From Rubripirellula sp. (GTDB taxonomy: Bacteria > Planctomycetota > Planctomycetia > Pirellulales > Pirellulaceae): a stretch of DNA of 64,000 bases. The translations under genes were made by a program, and so were the position numbers. Position 1 is the first letter of the stretch, and each line of letters starts with the position of its first letter. The notes under the pieces were generated by a model, which did no database searches, had not been told where the DNA came from, and saw only the letters and a list, made by a program, of their open reading frames with translations. The stretch lies in contig OZ244207.1 of the NCBI GenBank assembly GCA_965216875.1, positions 3,968,001 to 4,032,000 of the forward strand, written 5' to 3'. Positions 23,046 to 33,909 of this stretch are shown in pieces.

Positions 23046-23410
23046 GCTCACGATCCGGAATCGACGGCAAGAAGTCGACCAAGTTGATTGCTACCCCAAT
23101 CTGGCTGCAGAGACGTTCGACTGCAGAAACGAAAACCTTGGTATCCACTTACTACCTTCGTCGCATTTTGGTGACGCAGATTCCGAAAGAAAACAGCGAA
23201 ATTGGCTCAATTCCCCTGCGTGGCGGGGTGAGCGACGAAGTGGTTCGCCCGGGTTAGCAAAAATATCTGAACTTTTCTCAAGTTCTTCGTCCTGCCTTCA
23301 CGTTGGCCGGCAGTAACGACAACAAGGGAAGAATCCCGCCCTCTTGCCAGGGCATTTGGTGAGTTGATTCTTCGCGACCCTTTATGTCCCTCAGAACACC
23401 GGCCACCCAG

Positions 23411-23593
23411 ATGCGAATTACGTCACTTTTGCTAGTCCCTGCACTACTACTTGCACTCGCAACCGTCGGTTGCGGCGGCAAGCAAGACGCAGCCGTTGAA
23501 ATTGATCCCAACGATCCGTTGCTCGTCGAGCCTCCTGAGGTCACCGAATTCGAGCCGGAAATCAACGGTGGTGAAGACGCGTTCACTCCGTAG
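23411..23593 (+). CDS. Small acidic lipoprotein
   Basis: 60 aa, lipobox TVGC, acidic Pro-rich tail; directly upstream of the DUF1559 gene. Confidence 0.75.
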   Translation: MRITSLLLVPALLLALATVGCGGKQDAAVEIDPNDPLLVEPPEVTEFEPEINGGEDAFTP

Positions 23594-23676
23594 CCAACTT
23601 GACGACGAATTTGATTCAGTCTGTCCGTTCTTTTGTGGCGACTTGCCACTTTTACTTAATTTCTTGAGGTGGAATC

Positions 23677-24921
23677 ATGACGAGCTCTCGCTCCTCGCGA
23701 CACACCGGCTTCACACTTGTGGAGCTCTTGGTGGTGATCGCAATCATTGGCGTTTTGGTTGGCTTGCTCTTGCCAGCCGTTCAGGCCGCTCGGGAAGCCG
23801 CACGACGCATGTCTTGCAGCAATAACTTCCGTCAAATCGGCTTGGCCCTTCACAACTATCACTCAGCATTCAAGCAAGGTCCGCCGGCCACCGGCGGGAC
23901 GAACGGCTTGGTTGGCATCACTCGCTTTGACGGTGATTCCATCATCCCGCAGGGTAGTGACTACAACAACAACCGCTCTCAACTCGCATGGACCGTTCCG
24001 CTGTTGCCGTTCATCGAGCAGGCCGGATTGTGGGAGCAGATCTCCAATCCGTTCACCGTTGGCACCGACACGTGGCCGCCAATGGGCCCATCCCCAGAGC
24101 GTAGCGTTGCCTACCCGCCATTCCGTACGACCGTGCCGACCTACCGGTGCCCGTCGGACCCCAACGAAACCAGCCAATGGGGACGCCTGAATTACGCCGC
24201 CTGCTTGGGTGACAGTTCGATCATCCCCAACTGGGCCTACGGAAACGGCATCCACGTCACCGCACACCGCGGTACCTTCCGTCCCTTCAAGGCACGCAAA
24301 TTCCGCGACATCAAGGACGGTCTAGCCAACACCATCGCCTTTGGTGAAATCGCGACAAGCGGCGACGACTTCTTTGTCCCGGGCTCGATCCGATCGAATG
24401 TTGGCCCAGGTGGCGCAAACGGATTGTGGGCCATGCCCTTCAGTTCTTGCTGGGGCAATACTACGACGGTGATCGATCCAGAACGTCCGCAGTTCTACCA
24501 AAACGCTCCCTACTGGAATGCAGGAAGCGCGTCCCGGCTGTTCCGCCGTGGACACGTGTGGGCCAGTGGTGTGATCGGACGATCAGGTTTTCAAACCATC
24601 GCACCGCCGAACAAGGCCTCTTGTAGCGGCGGCGGTGGGAATCCACGAAACTTTCCTAACAGCGGTGCTGGTTCCAATGGTATCTTTACAGCGGGCAGCT
24701 ACCATCAAGGTGGATGTCACGTCTGTATGGCGGATGGCTCGATCCAATTTATCACCGATAGTATCGAAGCGGGTGACCCCGACGGACATACTGTGGGACG
24801 CACAATCGACAACGATCCGAACGTCTTCACCCGGCAGGGCCAAAAAAGCCCCTATGGTTTGTGGGGATCGTTGGGTACGATTGCTTCGAAAGAACAAGTC
24901 GAAGAACAGCTGAATCAGTAG
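23677..24921 (+). CDS. DUF1559 prepilin-type N-terminal cleavage/methylation protein
   Basis: [47 protein letters not shown]9-DG motif [15 protein letters not shown]. Confidence 0.96.
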   Translation: MTSSRSSRHTGFTLVELLVVIAIIGVLVGLLLPAVQAAREAARRMSCSNNFRQIGLALHNYHSAFKQGPPATGGTNGLVGITRFDGDSIIPQGSDYNNNRSQLAWTVPLLPFIEQAGLWEQISNPFTVGTDTWPPMGPSPERSVAYPPFRTTVPTYRCPSDPNETSQWGRLNYAACLGDSSIIPNWAYGNGIHVTAHRGTFRPFKARKFRDIKDGLANTIAFGEIATSGDDFFVPGSIRSNVGPGGANGLWAMPFSSCWGNTTTVIDPERPQFYQNAPYWNAGSASRLFRRGHVWASGVIGRSGFQTIAPPNKASCSGGGGNPRNFPNSGAGSNGIFTAGSYHQGGCHVCMADGSIQFITDSIEAGDPDGHTVGRTIDNDPNVFTRQGQKSPYGLWGSLGTIASKEQVEEQLNQ

Positions 24922-24936
24922 CTGTGGTGGCTGCTT

Positions 24937-24971
24937 GGTCCCCCTGGCTTTGCCGGGGGGGCCTGGTTTTT
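24937..24971 (+). terminator. Probable intrinsic terminator after DUF1559 gene
   Basis: 12-bp GC-rich stem with two G-U pairs, then tggttttt. Confidence 0.55.
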
Positions 24972-25174
24972 ACACCCATCGAGCTTCGCGACCTGAAAGC
25001 CTTCACAAGAACACGGCGCTTGTGAAATCTCGGGTCGCGTGCCGGCGGGGAGCCGCCCAGCGTTGGTAGCCGTAGCTCTTCGGCCCCCATCCTCGGCGTC
25101 TTCCCCGCCATTTTTCTCTGCAACGCTGCAACGCACCTCTTTGCATTGCCTCGCGTCATCTCAGACGCTCCGCT

Positions 25175-25288
25175 CGAGCTCCCTTCGCCAGAAGGTGGGA
25201 TTCACGGAATGGCCCCGCTTCACTACCCGATTCAGTGCCCGGCCGTGTCCACGATTCACTGCTCCCCTACTCGAGCGAGCGTAGGTAC
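25175..25288. repeat. Degenerate REP-like doublet, family C (GTAGCTAC..TCGCCAGA..GTGG)
   Basis: cgagctcccttcgccagaaggtggg ... gcgagcgtaggtac; related pair at 26283-26358. Confidence 0.55.
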
Positions 25289-25358
25289 GGAAGGTTCGTG
25301 CACTTGTGTAGAATGGCCTGCACTGTTTCACCCACTCCGCCTCTTTACCGTGACGCTC

Positions 25359-26153
25359 ATGAATCCTGTCCGACTTCTTGCCGTGGTTGCACTCGCAGCT
25401 GCATTCCAAACTCCCGTGACAACCGCCGACGAAGGCAAGTGGATTCAGCTCTTCAACGGCAAGAACCTTGATGGCTGGATTCCCAAGATTCGTTACCACA
25501 AGCTTGGCGAGAACCACGCCAACACGTTCCGCGTCGAGGATGGCCTGCTAACGGTTGGCTACGAGGGCTACGACGAATTCAATGAAACGTTTGGGCACCT
25601 CTTTTACAAAGACGATTTCTCGCACTACCGCATGCGAGTGGAGTACCGATTCGTCGGCGATCAGTGCAAGGGCGGCCCCGGATGGGCCATTCGCAACAGT
25701 GGTGTGATGGTCCATGGCGAACGCCCTGACACGATGGCCAAAGACCAAGACTTCCCAGCATCGATCGAAGTCCAACTTCTTGGTGGTGATGGCGAAAATC
25801 CGCGCACCAACGCCAACCTGTGTACGCCCGGAACGAACGTCGTCATGGACGGCAAACTCTTTAAACCCCACTGCACTTCGTCGAGCTCGAAAACGTATCA
25901 CGGTCCTCAATGGGTGACCGTAGAAATCGAAGTTCGTGGCAATCGTTTGGTCAAACACATCATCGATGGCGAAACCGTTCTCCAGTACAACAAGCCACAG
26001 CTCGACCAGCGTGATGCGCATGCCAAAGAGCTGGCTGATCAAAAAGGCACGTTGATGCTCAGCAGTGGAAGCATCTCCTTGCAATCCGAGAGTCATCCCA
26101 TCCAGTTTCGCAAAGTCGAACTGATGAAACTCCAAGGCCCCACGGAGCCCTAG
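25359..26153 (+). CDS. DUF1080 (3-keto-disaccharide hydrolase-like) secreted protein
   Basis: Signal peptide, WIQLFNGKNLDGW, NSGVM, SIEVQL, GSISLQSESHPIQFRKVEL. Confidence 0.92.
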   Translation: MNPVRLLAVVALAAAFQTPVTTADEGKWIQLFNGKNLDGWIPKIRYHKLGENHANTFRVEDGLLTVGYEGYDEFNETFGHLFYKDDFSHYRMRVEYRFVGDQCKGGPGWAIRNSGVMVHGERPDTMAKDQDFPASIEVQLLGGDGENPRTNANLCTPGTNVVMDGKLFKPHCTSSSSKTYHGPQWVTVEIEVRGNRLVKHIIDGETVLQYNKPQLDQRDAHAKELADQKGTLMLSSGSISLQSESHPIQFRKVELMKLQGPTEP

Positions 26154-26154
26154 T

Positions 26155-26479
26155 GTCGCCTTTCGCTCCGCGAAAGTAGCGCTCGCAAAGCCCGGCCGCT
26201 TACGCGATCGCGGCTCAGTGTTCTGGCGGTTGTAGGCCGAAACAAGGAGCGACAGCGACGCAGATCCGGCTTCATCCCGAACGGGCGACCTTCGCCAGAA
26301 CGTGCCAGTGCGGGCAACCCCTTCACCATTTCTTCCACGCTCTGGCGAGCGTAGCTACGACATTCGGCGTCGCCCTCGCCTAGTCCCATCAGACTGAGGT
26401 CTTGGTTTTGCAATCCGCTGCGCTTGCGTCGGGCCCTCCGTTGAAGAGTGCAAGGCCCAACGCCAGCGCGTTCGGTTCA
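26155..26479. repeat. Cluster of REP-like palindromes (families A, C, D and CTTTCGC..GCGAAAG)
   Basis: ctttcgctccgcgaaag at ~26160; family A 26232-26270; family C 26283-26358; family D pair 26421-26479. Confidence 0.75.
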
Positions 26480-26699
26480 TAAAAACACAGCCTCTACGCG
26501 GCGTCAGCTACGGTGAAAAAGCGTGAAAAGAGGGCCATTTCACGTTATGCTGGAGCGTTCCCCCAACACAGGCGGCGGCTGAAGAAAAAGGACCATTTCC
26601 GCTTCAGCAGACAACCGGCGCGCCCCCATGGTGCGGCACGCCGAGCCGATAGAGAGATTCACCGCCTGCTTGTCCTTTCCTTTCCCGAGGCCGCCACGC

Positions 26700-27782
26700 A
26701 TGGAACATGACCCGCTACAGGTCGACGCACCACCCAGCGAGTTTCATTCTCTGGTTCCCGAAGACGCCCGCATGGCAGACCGGGACATTGAACTCGCCCG
26801 CGTCTTGGTCAAAGCGCATCGCAAATTGACCAAAGAGATTTCCAAACGAATCGTTGGGCAGACCGATGTGATCGATCAGCTGCTGATTGCGATTCTGGCT
26901 CGCGGCCACTGCTTGCTCGAAGGGGTCCCTGGGTTGGCAAAAACGTTGATGGTCCGTTCGTTGGCCGAGGCGATCGAGCTTACCTTTCGACGAATTCAAT
27001 TCACGCCCGACTTGATGCCGGCCGACATCACAGGCACCGACATCATTCAAGAGGACGCGGCAACCAACAGCCGTCAGTTGGTCTTTGAAAAAGGCCCCAT
27101 CTTTTCTCAGATGCTGCTGGCTGACGAAATCAACCGCACGCCGCCCAAGACGCAGGCCGCGCTTTTGGAGGCGATGCAAGAACACAGTGTCACCGTTGGC
27201 GGTCGCACCTACCAACTCGAAGAACCGTTCTTTGTCCTTGCGACTCAAAACCCAATCGAACAGGAAGGCACCTACCCACTTCCGGAGGCTCAGCGTGACC
27301 GGTTCCTCTTGCACGTCAAAGTGAAGTACCCTTCGCGTGCTCAGGAAAAGCAGATTGTGGAACAGACCACCGGGTCGGGCGAGGGCAAGATCCAACCGAT
27401 TCTGACCGGCCAACACATCCTGGCCTGCCAACAAATCGTGCGCAAAGTTCCCGTTCCCGATCATGTGCTCGAACTTGTGCTCGACCTGGTTCGCCGCAGT
27501 CGTCCCGAAGAAGACGAGGCGTTGCCCTTGGTGCGTCAGTACGTTGAATGGGGGCCTGGCCCACGTGCGGCTCAATGTTTGGTCATGGGTGCCAAGGTGC
27601 GTGCGCTCCTGAAGGGCCGCTACCACGTGACCGCAGACGACGTCATCGCACTTGCGCATCCCGTACTGCGACACCGCATCGTGCCGACCTTCAATGCCGA
27701 ATCCCAAGGCATTTCGGTCGACGAAATCATCACACAAATCGTGCAAGCGGTTTCTGGAGGCAACGAACTTTCATTGCTGTGA
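26700..27782 (+). CDS. moxR: MoxR-family AAA+ ATPase
   Basis: [11 protein letters not shown] (Walker A), [48 protein letters not shown]. Confidence 0.96.
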   Translation: MEHDPLQVDAPPSEFHSLVPEDARMADRDIELARVLVKAHRKLTKEISKRIVGQTDVIDQLLIAILARGHCLLEGVPGLAKTLMVRSLAEAIELTFRRIQFTPDLMPADITGTDIIQEDAATNSRQLVFEKGPIFSQMLLADEINRTPPKTQAALLEAMQEHSVTVGGRTYQLEEPFFVLATQNPIEQEGTYPLPEAQRDRFLLHVKVKYPSRAQEKQIVEQTTGSGEGKIQPILTGQHILACQQIVRKVPVPDHVLELVLDLVRRSRPEEDEALPLVRQYVEWGPGPRAAQCLVMGAKVRALLKGRYHVTADDVIALAHPVLRHRIVPTFNAESQGISVDEIITQIVQAVSGGNELSLL

Positions 27783-27833
27783 TAGCGGAACGGATCCAAC
27801 AATGAATTGAAGGGCGTTGCGTAATAGGGCATT

Positions 27834-28760
27834 GTGGTGGCCGAATTCTTAGATGCCGAAGACCGAAGTCAAACCAATGGTTTGCAATTCTTTGCCCGAC
27901 AGGTTGTCGAAGGCTTTTGTGGCGGTCTGCACCGATCGCCTCACAAAGGCGTCTCGGTCGAATTCAAACAACATCGCCAGTACGTCCATGGCGACGAAAT
28001 CCGACATCTCGATTGGCGCGTCTTTGGCAAAACCGATCGCTTCTACATTCGCGAATACGAAGAAGAGACCAATCTCCGAAGCACACTGTTGTTGGACTGC
28101 AGCGGATCAATGGGGTACGAAAGCCCGTTGAAACGGCGCAGCAAAGATAAAGAACCGATCCCCACAAAGCTCGAGTTCGCCAAACGACTTGCTGCTTGCT
28201 TTGCCTACATGATGCTCGGACAACAAGACAGCGTCGGGATCACGACGTTTGACAAACGCATCCGCGATGTGGCTCCGAATCGTTCGCGCCCGAACCACTT
28301 GCGGACCCTTACCGAGATTCTTGAAAAGGCAAAACCGGGCGGCGAAGGCGATCTTGGTGACATCCTTGGCAAGGTGACCGCCAAACTCGGTCGCCGAGGG
28401 CTCGTCGTGATCCTGAGCGACTGCTTTGCCGACGCCGATTCGTTACTCAAGGGTCTCGCACAGATTCGGCATCTGAAACATGAAGTGATTGTGTTTCAAA
28501 TTTGGGACCGCGACGAGCTTGAGTTTCCATTCAAGCAATGGACACGGTTCGATTGCTTGGAAGTTGCAGGTGTACGTCAGATGGTCGATCCTGCCCATTT
28601 GCGTTCGGCCTACATGGAAAACCTTGCCAAATTTCGCGATAGCATCCAGCAGGTCTGTGACCGAACGCGAATCGACTTGGTTCCGATGGTGACGGATGAA
28701 CCTTATGCAAAAGCGCTGGCCAGTTACATGACCAGCCGAAACCGAAAGCGACGGCGATGA
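27834..28760 (+). CDS. DUF58 domain protein (vWA-like)
   Basis: GLHRSPHKGVSVEFKQHRQYVHGDEIRHLDW, EEETN, MIDAS-like DCSGSM. Confidence 0.95.
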   Translation: MVAEFLDAEDRSQTNGLQFFARQVVEGFCGGLHRSPHKGVSVEFKQHRQYVHGDEIRHLDWRVFGKTDRFYIREYEEETNLRSTLLLDCSGSMGYESPLKRRSKDKEPIPTKLEFAKRLAACFAYMMLGQQDSVGITTFDKRIRDVAPNRSRPNHLRTLTEILEKAKPGGEGDLGDILGKVTAKLGRRGLVVILSDCFADADSLLKGLAQIRHLKHEVIVFQIWDRDELEFPFKQWTRFDCLEVAGVRQMVDPAHLRSAYMENLAKFRDSIQQVCDRTRIDLVPMVTDEPYAKALASYMTSRNRKRRR

Positions 28761-31105
28761 CATTTCTCAATGCCGCCCTCGCATTTGGTGCTGCAGCCTG
28801 TGCGATCCCGGTGGTGATTCATCTGCTCAACCGACGACGACACGAAATCGTGCGTTGGGGAGCGATGCATCTGATCACGCCGATCGTTCGAACCAACCGC
28901 AAACGCGTTCGCCTGGAACAACTGTTGTTGCTGTTGATGCGGATGGCCATCCTGGCGTTGTTGGCACTTTGCATGGCCGGTCCGGTGCTTACCAATTGGA
29001 ACGCACTTTCGGGCAACGCAAAAACATCGCTCGCGATGCTGTTTGACAACAGCTATTCGATGGATGCCTCCAGTGGCGTGAAAACAAACAGCGAGCACGC
29101 CAAAAGCAATGCTGCACAGCTCGTGCTTCACCAGCCTCGTGGCTCCGATGTGGCCGTTTCCATGATGGCGGGCGGTCACGTGACAGGATCGTTTTCACCC
29201 ACCACCAACCGCAAACGGATCGCCGATGACTTGAAAGAGATCCCAGGCGGATTCGGTGCGGCGGATGTCGGCAAGTCTTTCGAACACGCGACACGTTCGC
29301 TCGTCAAAATGCAACACGCCAAGCGTGACTTGGTCATCGTCAGTGATTTCCAACAACAAGATTGGGCAGGTGACGCGGGTCCGACTTTGGTCAAGGCGAA
29401 AGAGTTGATCGACGCGATGCCGATTCGTCCAACCATCACGTTGATGCAAGTGGGTGCCGAAGCCACCGACAACATCAGCATCCAGTCGATCGAATTGACG
29501 CCCTCGGTTGTGGCCATCGACCAACCGGTCAACATTCGCGTGAACCTACGTAATCACGGCGAGATCCCATATCCGCGTGTGGCCGTCAACATGCAAGTTG
29601 ATGGCCAAGACCGAGAGTCTCAATCGATCGACCTTGCCGCCGGCGAAGATGGCCAGTTGTTGTTTCGCCACTCGTTCGCCGAGGCGGGCTCACATGTGTT
29701 GAACGTCTTTGCCGAAGCCGATGCGTTGCACATGGACAACACTTACAAAGCCGTCGTCCAAGTCTGGGACCGACTGCCAGTGCTGTTGGTTGACGGGAGT
29801 GGCGAAAACGAAGCGTTGAAAAGCTCGACAGGCTTTTTGAGGCTCGCGCTGAGCCCCTTTCTTTCGGCGGCAGGGTTGCCTGACGGGACGATCGAACAAA
29901 CACTGCCGCGCGCCGACCTGCTTGATGCCCGCGTCGTCAAACATGACGACCTTACCCCCGCAGATCTGGCGAACCTGCGCGTCCTCGTCCTGGCCAATGT
30001 CCCTCGCCTCGAAAGCGACATGGTTGACGCGATCAAGGCGTTTGTCGCAGCCGGAAACTCGCTGCTTGTTTTTTCGGGCGATCAAATCGATAGCAACTGG
30101 TACCAAACCGACATGTGCGAGCGAGCCGGTTTGATCCCCGTCACCTATGGCGTCACCCAAGACCGAAAAGGACCGGGGACCAACGACTTATTGGGAACGA
30201 CCTTTGGAGATCCACAACAAGTCGGCGATGCGAACGCCCCACAAGTTGCGGACGATGACGAAGCGTCGAAGAAGCCGGAACTTGGTGCAAGGATCGCGGC
30301 AACGCGTTTCGAACATCCAGTCCTTGCGTACTTTAATGATGGCCGTAACGGCAATCTCTCGGATGCACGCATCACAACATGGCATCGCCTGTTTACGCCC
30401 CAACTTCACATCGCATCGAGCCCGCTGCCAGGAGATGACGAAGCCGAGGCGAGGGCCGAGTCGACCGGTGTGATCGCGCGACTCGAAGGCGGCGATCCGC
30501 TGATGATCGAAGGACAACTTGGCAAAGGACGCGTCATCGTCTGCGCGACCGACTGCGGCGACAAATGGACAAACTTGCCGGCCAGACCGTTCTACTTGCC
30601 ACTAATGCAACGCCTTGTCACCTACCTCGCGATCGCAGTCGAACCGCGCCGAAACCTGGCCGCGGGGCAAACCATTGTCGCTCCCTTTACCGACAACCCC
30701 GGAACAGTGATTGTCACCCGGCCTGACGGAAAACAGGTCGAACTGAAGGAGAAGCATCGCGAGGACCCACGGCTTGTCGAGTATTCAGGAACCGACCAAG
30801 AAGGCGTCTACACGCTGCAAACGGCATCGATGCCTCTGATGCATTACGTCGTTGTTGCCGATCGAGTCGAATCGAATCTGAAACGACTCGATCAAGACGA
30901 GATGACCACTCTCGCCGAATCGCTCGATGCAACGGTGGTTGCCTCAGCCGACGAGTTCATCCAACAAGATTCCAAACGGCGTTATGGGCGTGAGATTTGG
31001 CGGCCTCTTTATTGGGCCATGTTTGTGCTCGTGATTGCCGAACTGTTGCTACAACAATGGCTGTCGGGAATCAAGTTGCGCAGCGCCGGTGGGGGTGCGG
31101 CATGA
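28757..31105 (+). CDS. BatA-type N-terminal double-TM + vWA + Ig-like + GATase-like membrane protein
   Basis: IPVVIHLLNRRR..WGAM, LLLLMRMAIL, DNSYSM, VSDFQ, C-terminal TM; ATGA overlap with DUF58. Confidence 0.9.
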   Translation: MTFLNAALAFGAAACAIPVVIHLLNRRRHEIVRWGAMHLITPIVRTNRKRVRLEQLLLLLMRMAILALLALCMAGPVLTNWNALSGNAKTSLAMLFDNSYSMDASSGVKTNSEHAKSNAAQLVLHQPRGSDVAVSMMAGGHVTGSFSPTTNRKRIADDLKEIPGGFGAADVGKSFEHATRSLVKMQHAKRDLVIVSDFQQQDWAGDAGPTLVKAKELIDAMPIRPTITLMQVGAEATDNISIQSIELTPSVVAIDQPVNIRVNLRNHGEIPYPRVAVNMQVDGQDRESQSIDLAAGEDGQLLFRHSFAEAGSHVLNVFAEADALHMDNTYKAVVQVWDRLPVLLVDGSGENEALKSSTGFLRLALSPFLSAAGLPDGTIEQTLPRADLLDARVVKHDDLTPADLANLRVLVLANVPRLESDMVDAIKAFVAAGNSLLVFSGDQIDSNWYQTDMCERAGLIPVTYGVTQDRKGPGTNDLLGTTFGDPQQVGDANAPQVADDDEASKKPELGARIAATRFEHPVLAYFNDGRNGNLSDARITTWHRLFTPQLHIASSPLPGDDEAEARAESTGVIARLEGGDPLMIEGQLGKGRVIVCATDCGDKWTNLPARPFYLPLMQRLVTYLAIAVEPRRNLAAGQTIVAPFTDNPGTVIVTRPDGKQVELKEKHREDPRLVEYSGTDQEGVYTLQTASMPLMHYVVVADRVESNLKRLDQDEMTTLAESLDATVVASADEFIQQDSKRRYGREIWRPLYWAMFVLVIAELLLQQWLSGIKLRSAGGGAA

Positions 31106-33897
31106 CTCAGCAAACGATTCCAACCGAACTTCGATTCGAGGGCGACCTCAGTCTTTGGCTCGGCATCCTGCTCGCGGCGCTGGCAACCGTGCTGGTCTAT
31201 TTCCTGTATCGACGCGAGACCCAAGGTCGCAGTGAGAAGTTGGCATTCCTGTTGCCGATCCTTCGTTGCATCGCCATCGCGCTGATCGTCATGATGCTCA
31301 CTGGCCCCGTGCTTCGCGGCAGCATCAATGTCGCGGACATGTCGCGCGTGTTGGTGTTTGTCGATGCCTCGGAAAGCATGACACTGACGGACGAAGCGAT
31401 GAGCATCGACCGCAAAATGCTCAACGCCCGACGTTTAGGATGGGTTGACGAGTCGTCGGTTGACACCTCGCTCTATGACGCCGCAAACCTGCTCTCCTCA
31501 GTAACGGCTCCCGAGGACCCCGGTCAGGCCTCCGAATCTCTCCTTCAATTCCAACGTTACATCTACAGCGCCGTCGACTCGATGGAACCGGGCGATCCAT
31601 TTCGCAATCGGATCACTCGTGGCGTGGCGGATCCACTTGAACAGGTGGCCGCCGATCACCGCACTGGCGACCTGAACGATCAACAACTCTTCGAACAGCT
31701 GCAACGGATCGCTGGAGTTGCAAAGAGACTGCAGATCGATTTCGAAAAGGAATACCGACAGCGGACCAGTGAAGCGAGCCCCTCGGATACCAAACTGGAC
31801 GAGGCGACCGAACGACTTGACGAGATGACCCGCTGGAAGCGAGCAGAAGCCGCGTTGCTCGATGGCAGCTCGCCGCTTCTGGAAAGCCTGAATGCCGATC
31901 ACCATGTCGACTTAATCGCGATCTCAGACAACAGCAACGACGACGCCACATCCCGACTTTGGCAACCTCTCAAGCAACCCGAGCTTCCCTCAACCTTTGA
32001 CCCGTTCAAACCGATCGGTGAATCGACTGACCTGGCAACGAAGATCGACAAGATCGTTGGTGAACTGCCCAGTGGCAATTCCAACGTCGACGGGGGCGAA
32101 GGATCGCCGCAGCTAAGTGTCGTGATCCTCACCGATGGCCAACACAACGAACAGCGCAAAGACACCATCACGCCAATGCACTTGGCACGCCTCCTTGGAC
32201 GTCGCGGCATCCCCGTCTACCCGGTAGGATTCGGTTCGGCCAGTCCTCCGCCCGACTTAGCCGTCCTCGCAGTCCAAACCCCAGAAGCGGTCTTTGCCGA
32301 TGACCGTGTCAAAGGCAAGCTCGTTGTGAAAGACAACATGCCCGCCGGTTCGCCTCTGCAACTGCGTATTGAAGTGGACGGGCAACAGGTTTGGAGCGAC
32401 CAGCTGACGACGGACTCATCCAACTTGCGGGATGTTGAATTTGATTTCCCAATCAAACAGCTCGTCGAAAACCGCATGGCGGGTTCGCTTCGCGATGTGG
32501 CCGCCGTCTCGCTACCACTCTCGTTGAAGGTCACCGCAGAGCCGCTCGAAGGTGAAATCCGCGACGACAACAATACTCGCGAGGCGAGTGTCCGCGCCAT
32601 CACGCGCCCGCGTAGCGTGCTACTTGTCGATTCACGTCCACGTTGGGAATTCCGCTACCTACGCAACCTTCTTGAGCGAGATGAGCATTGGTTTGTCAAC
32701 GACATCATGATTGATCAAGTTGACGGACGCATGCGAATGCCACGTGGTGAATCAACTGGGTCCTTTCCGAATTCGCTCAAGCGTCTTTTCACTTATGACG
32801 TGATCGTCATTGGCGACGTCCCCGCTGGCGTATTTCGCGACGAAGAACTTCAATGGATTCACCAATTCGTCGGAAGCAATGGTGGAGGCCTGCTGTTTCT
32901 TGACGGCCAACGTGGCAAACAACGCTCCTTCGCCAGCTCCGAACTCAAGTCACTCCTTCCCATCCAATGGAAGAAGGGGCGGGGAATGTGGAAACCAAAG
33001 TTGTCATTGACGCCGCGCGGGATGTCGACACCTGCACTTGCTTTCTCGGGCGACTCGGACGAAAGCACTTTGAAATGGAACATGCTTCCCTCGCCGCGCT
33101 GGATGGCCGAGGTCGAAGCATTGCCGGGATGCGAAGCTCTTGTGCAAGGCGACTCAGGGCCACGTGGTCCCAAGAACCCGCCCAAGCAAGGTCCCGGCTT
33201 GGTCGTTCGTCGCTATGGCGCAGGCACCGTTCTTTACAGCGGTTTTGACGAATCGTGGCGATGGCGTTTCGAAGTAGGCGATGAATACCACGCCGCCTAT
33301 TGGAACCAGATCATCTCCTTCGTGATGGAATCGCCGTTTGCGATTCATGACCGCTACGTTTCCATCGACACCGGTGGTTTTAGCTACCAACCTGGCGACG
33401 CCGCAGACATCAAAATCCGCATCCGCGATGAGAATGGACAACCGATTGTCAACGCCGTCGCCGATGTCCAGCTCTACCAGGACGGCGAGGTCGTTGCGAC
33501 GCTACCGCTTGTTGGCGGCATGGAAAGTGGCGGAGTCTTTCGAGCGCAGACACAGCCACTTCAACCGGGCGCCTATCAGGTCGGTGTCACCTCATCCGCA
33601 CTCAACGCCGCCTCCAAGGATGTTCGTGCCGAGTTCATCGTGTTTGGCGAAGCTTCGGGAGAACTTGATGTGCTGTATTGCCACGAGGCATTGTTGCGGC
33701 AGATGGCCGAAAAATCGGGCGGACAATACCTGCGAGAAGAGGACATTGGACGGCTTCCTGAAATCCTTGCTTCTGAAGCAAGCCGAAAAGAAAAAACACG
33801 TGAACTCGTGGTTTGGCGCAGCTGGTATTGGTTTGTGCCACTGATCGGATTGTTCACAATGGAATGGTTGATTCGTAAACGATTGGGCATGATGTAG
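31102..33897 (+). CDS. Membrane-anchored vWA / glutamine amidotransferase-like (DUF1355-type) protein
   Basis: Two N-terminal TM, DASESM and LTDGQHN (MIDAS), PRWEFRYLRN, YDVIVIGDV, SWRWR, C-terminal EWLIRKRLG; ATGA overlap. Confidence 0.88.
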   Translation: MTQQTIPTELRFEGDLSLWLGILLAALATVLVYFLYRRETQGRSEKLAFLLPILRCIAIALIVMMLTGPVLRGSINVADMSRVLVFVDASESMTLTDEAMSIDRKMLNARRLGWVDESSVDTSLYDAANLLSSVTAPEDPGQASESLLQFQRYIYSAVDSMEPGDPFRNRITRGVADPLEQVAADHRTGDLNDQQLFEQLQRIAGVAKRLQIDFEKEYRQRTSEASPSDTKLDEATERLDEMTRWKRAEAALLDGSSPLLESLNADHHVDLIAISDNSNDDATSRLWQPLKQPELPSTFDPFKPIGESTDLATKIDKIVGELPSGNSNVDGGEGSPQLSVVILTDGQHNEQRKDTITPMHLARLLGRRGIPVYPVGFGSASPPPDLAVLAVQTPEAVFADDRVKGKLVVKDNMPAGSPLQLRIEVDGQQVWSDQLTTDSSNLRDVEFDFPIKQLVENRMAGSLRDVAAVSLPLSLKVTAEPLEGEIRDDNNTREASVRAITRPRSVLLVDSRPRWEFRYLRNLLERDEHWFVNDIMIDQVDGRMRMPRGESTGSFPNSLKRLFTYDVIVIGDVPAGVFRDEELQWIHQFVGSNGGGLLFLDGQRGKQRSFASSELKSLLPIQWKKGRGMWKPKLSLTPRGMSTPALAFSGDSDESTLKWNMLPSPRWMAEVEALPGCEALVQGDSGPRGPKNPPKQGPGLVVRRYGAGTVLYSGFDESWRWRFEVGDEYHAAYWNQIISFVMESPFAIHDRYVSIDTGGFSYQPGDAADIKIRIRDENGQPIVNAVADVQLYQDGEVVATLPLVGGMESGGVFRAQTQPLQPGAYQVGVTSSALNAASKDVRAEFIVFGEASGELDVLYCHEALLRQMAEKSGGQYLREEDIGRLPEILASEASRKEKTRELVVWRSWYWFVPLIGLFTMEWLIRKRLGMM

Positions 33898-33909
33898 GCG
33901 ACGGAACTG

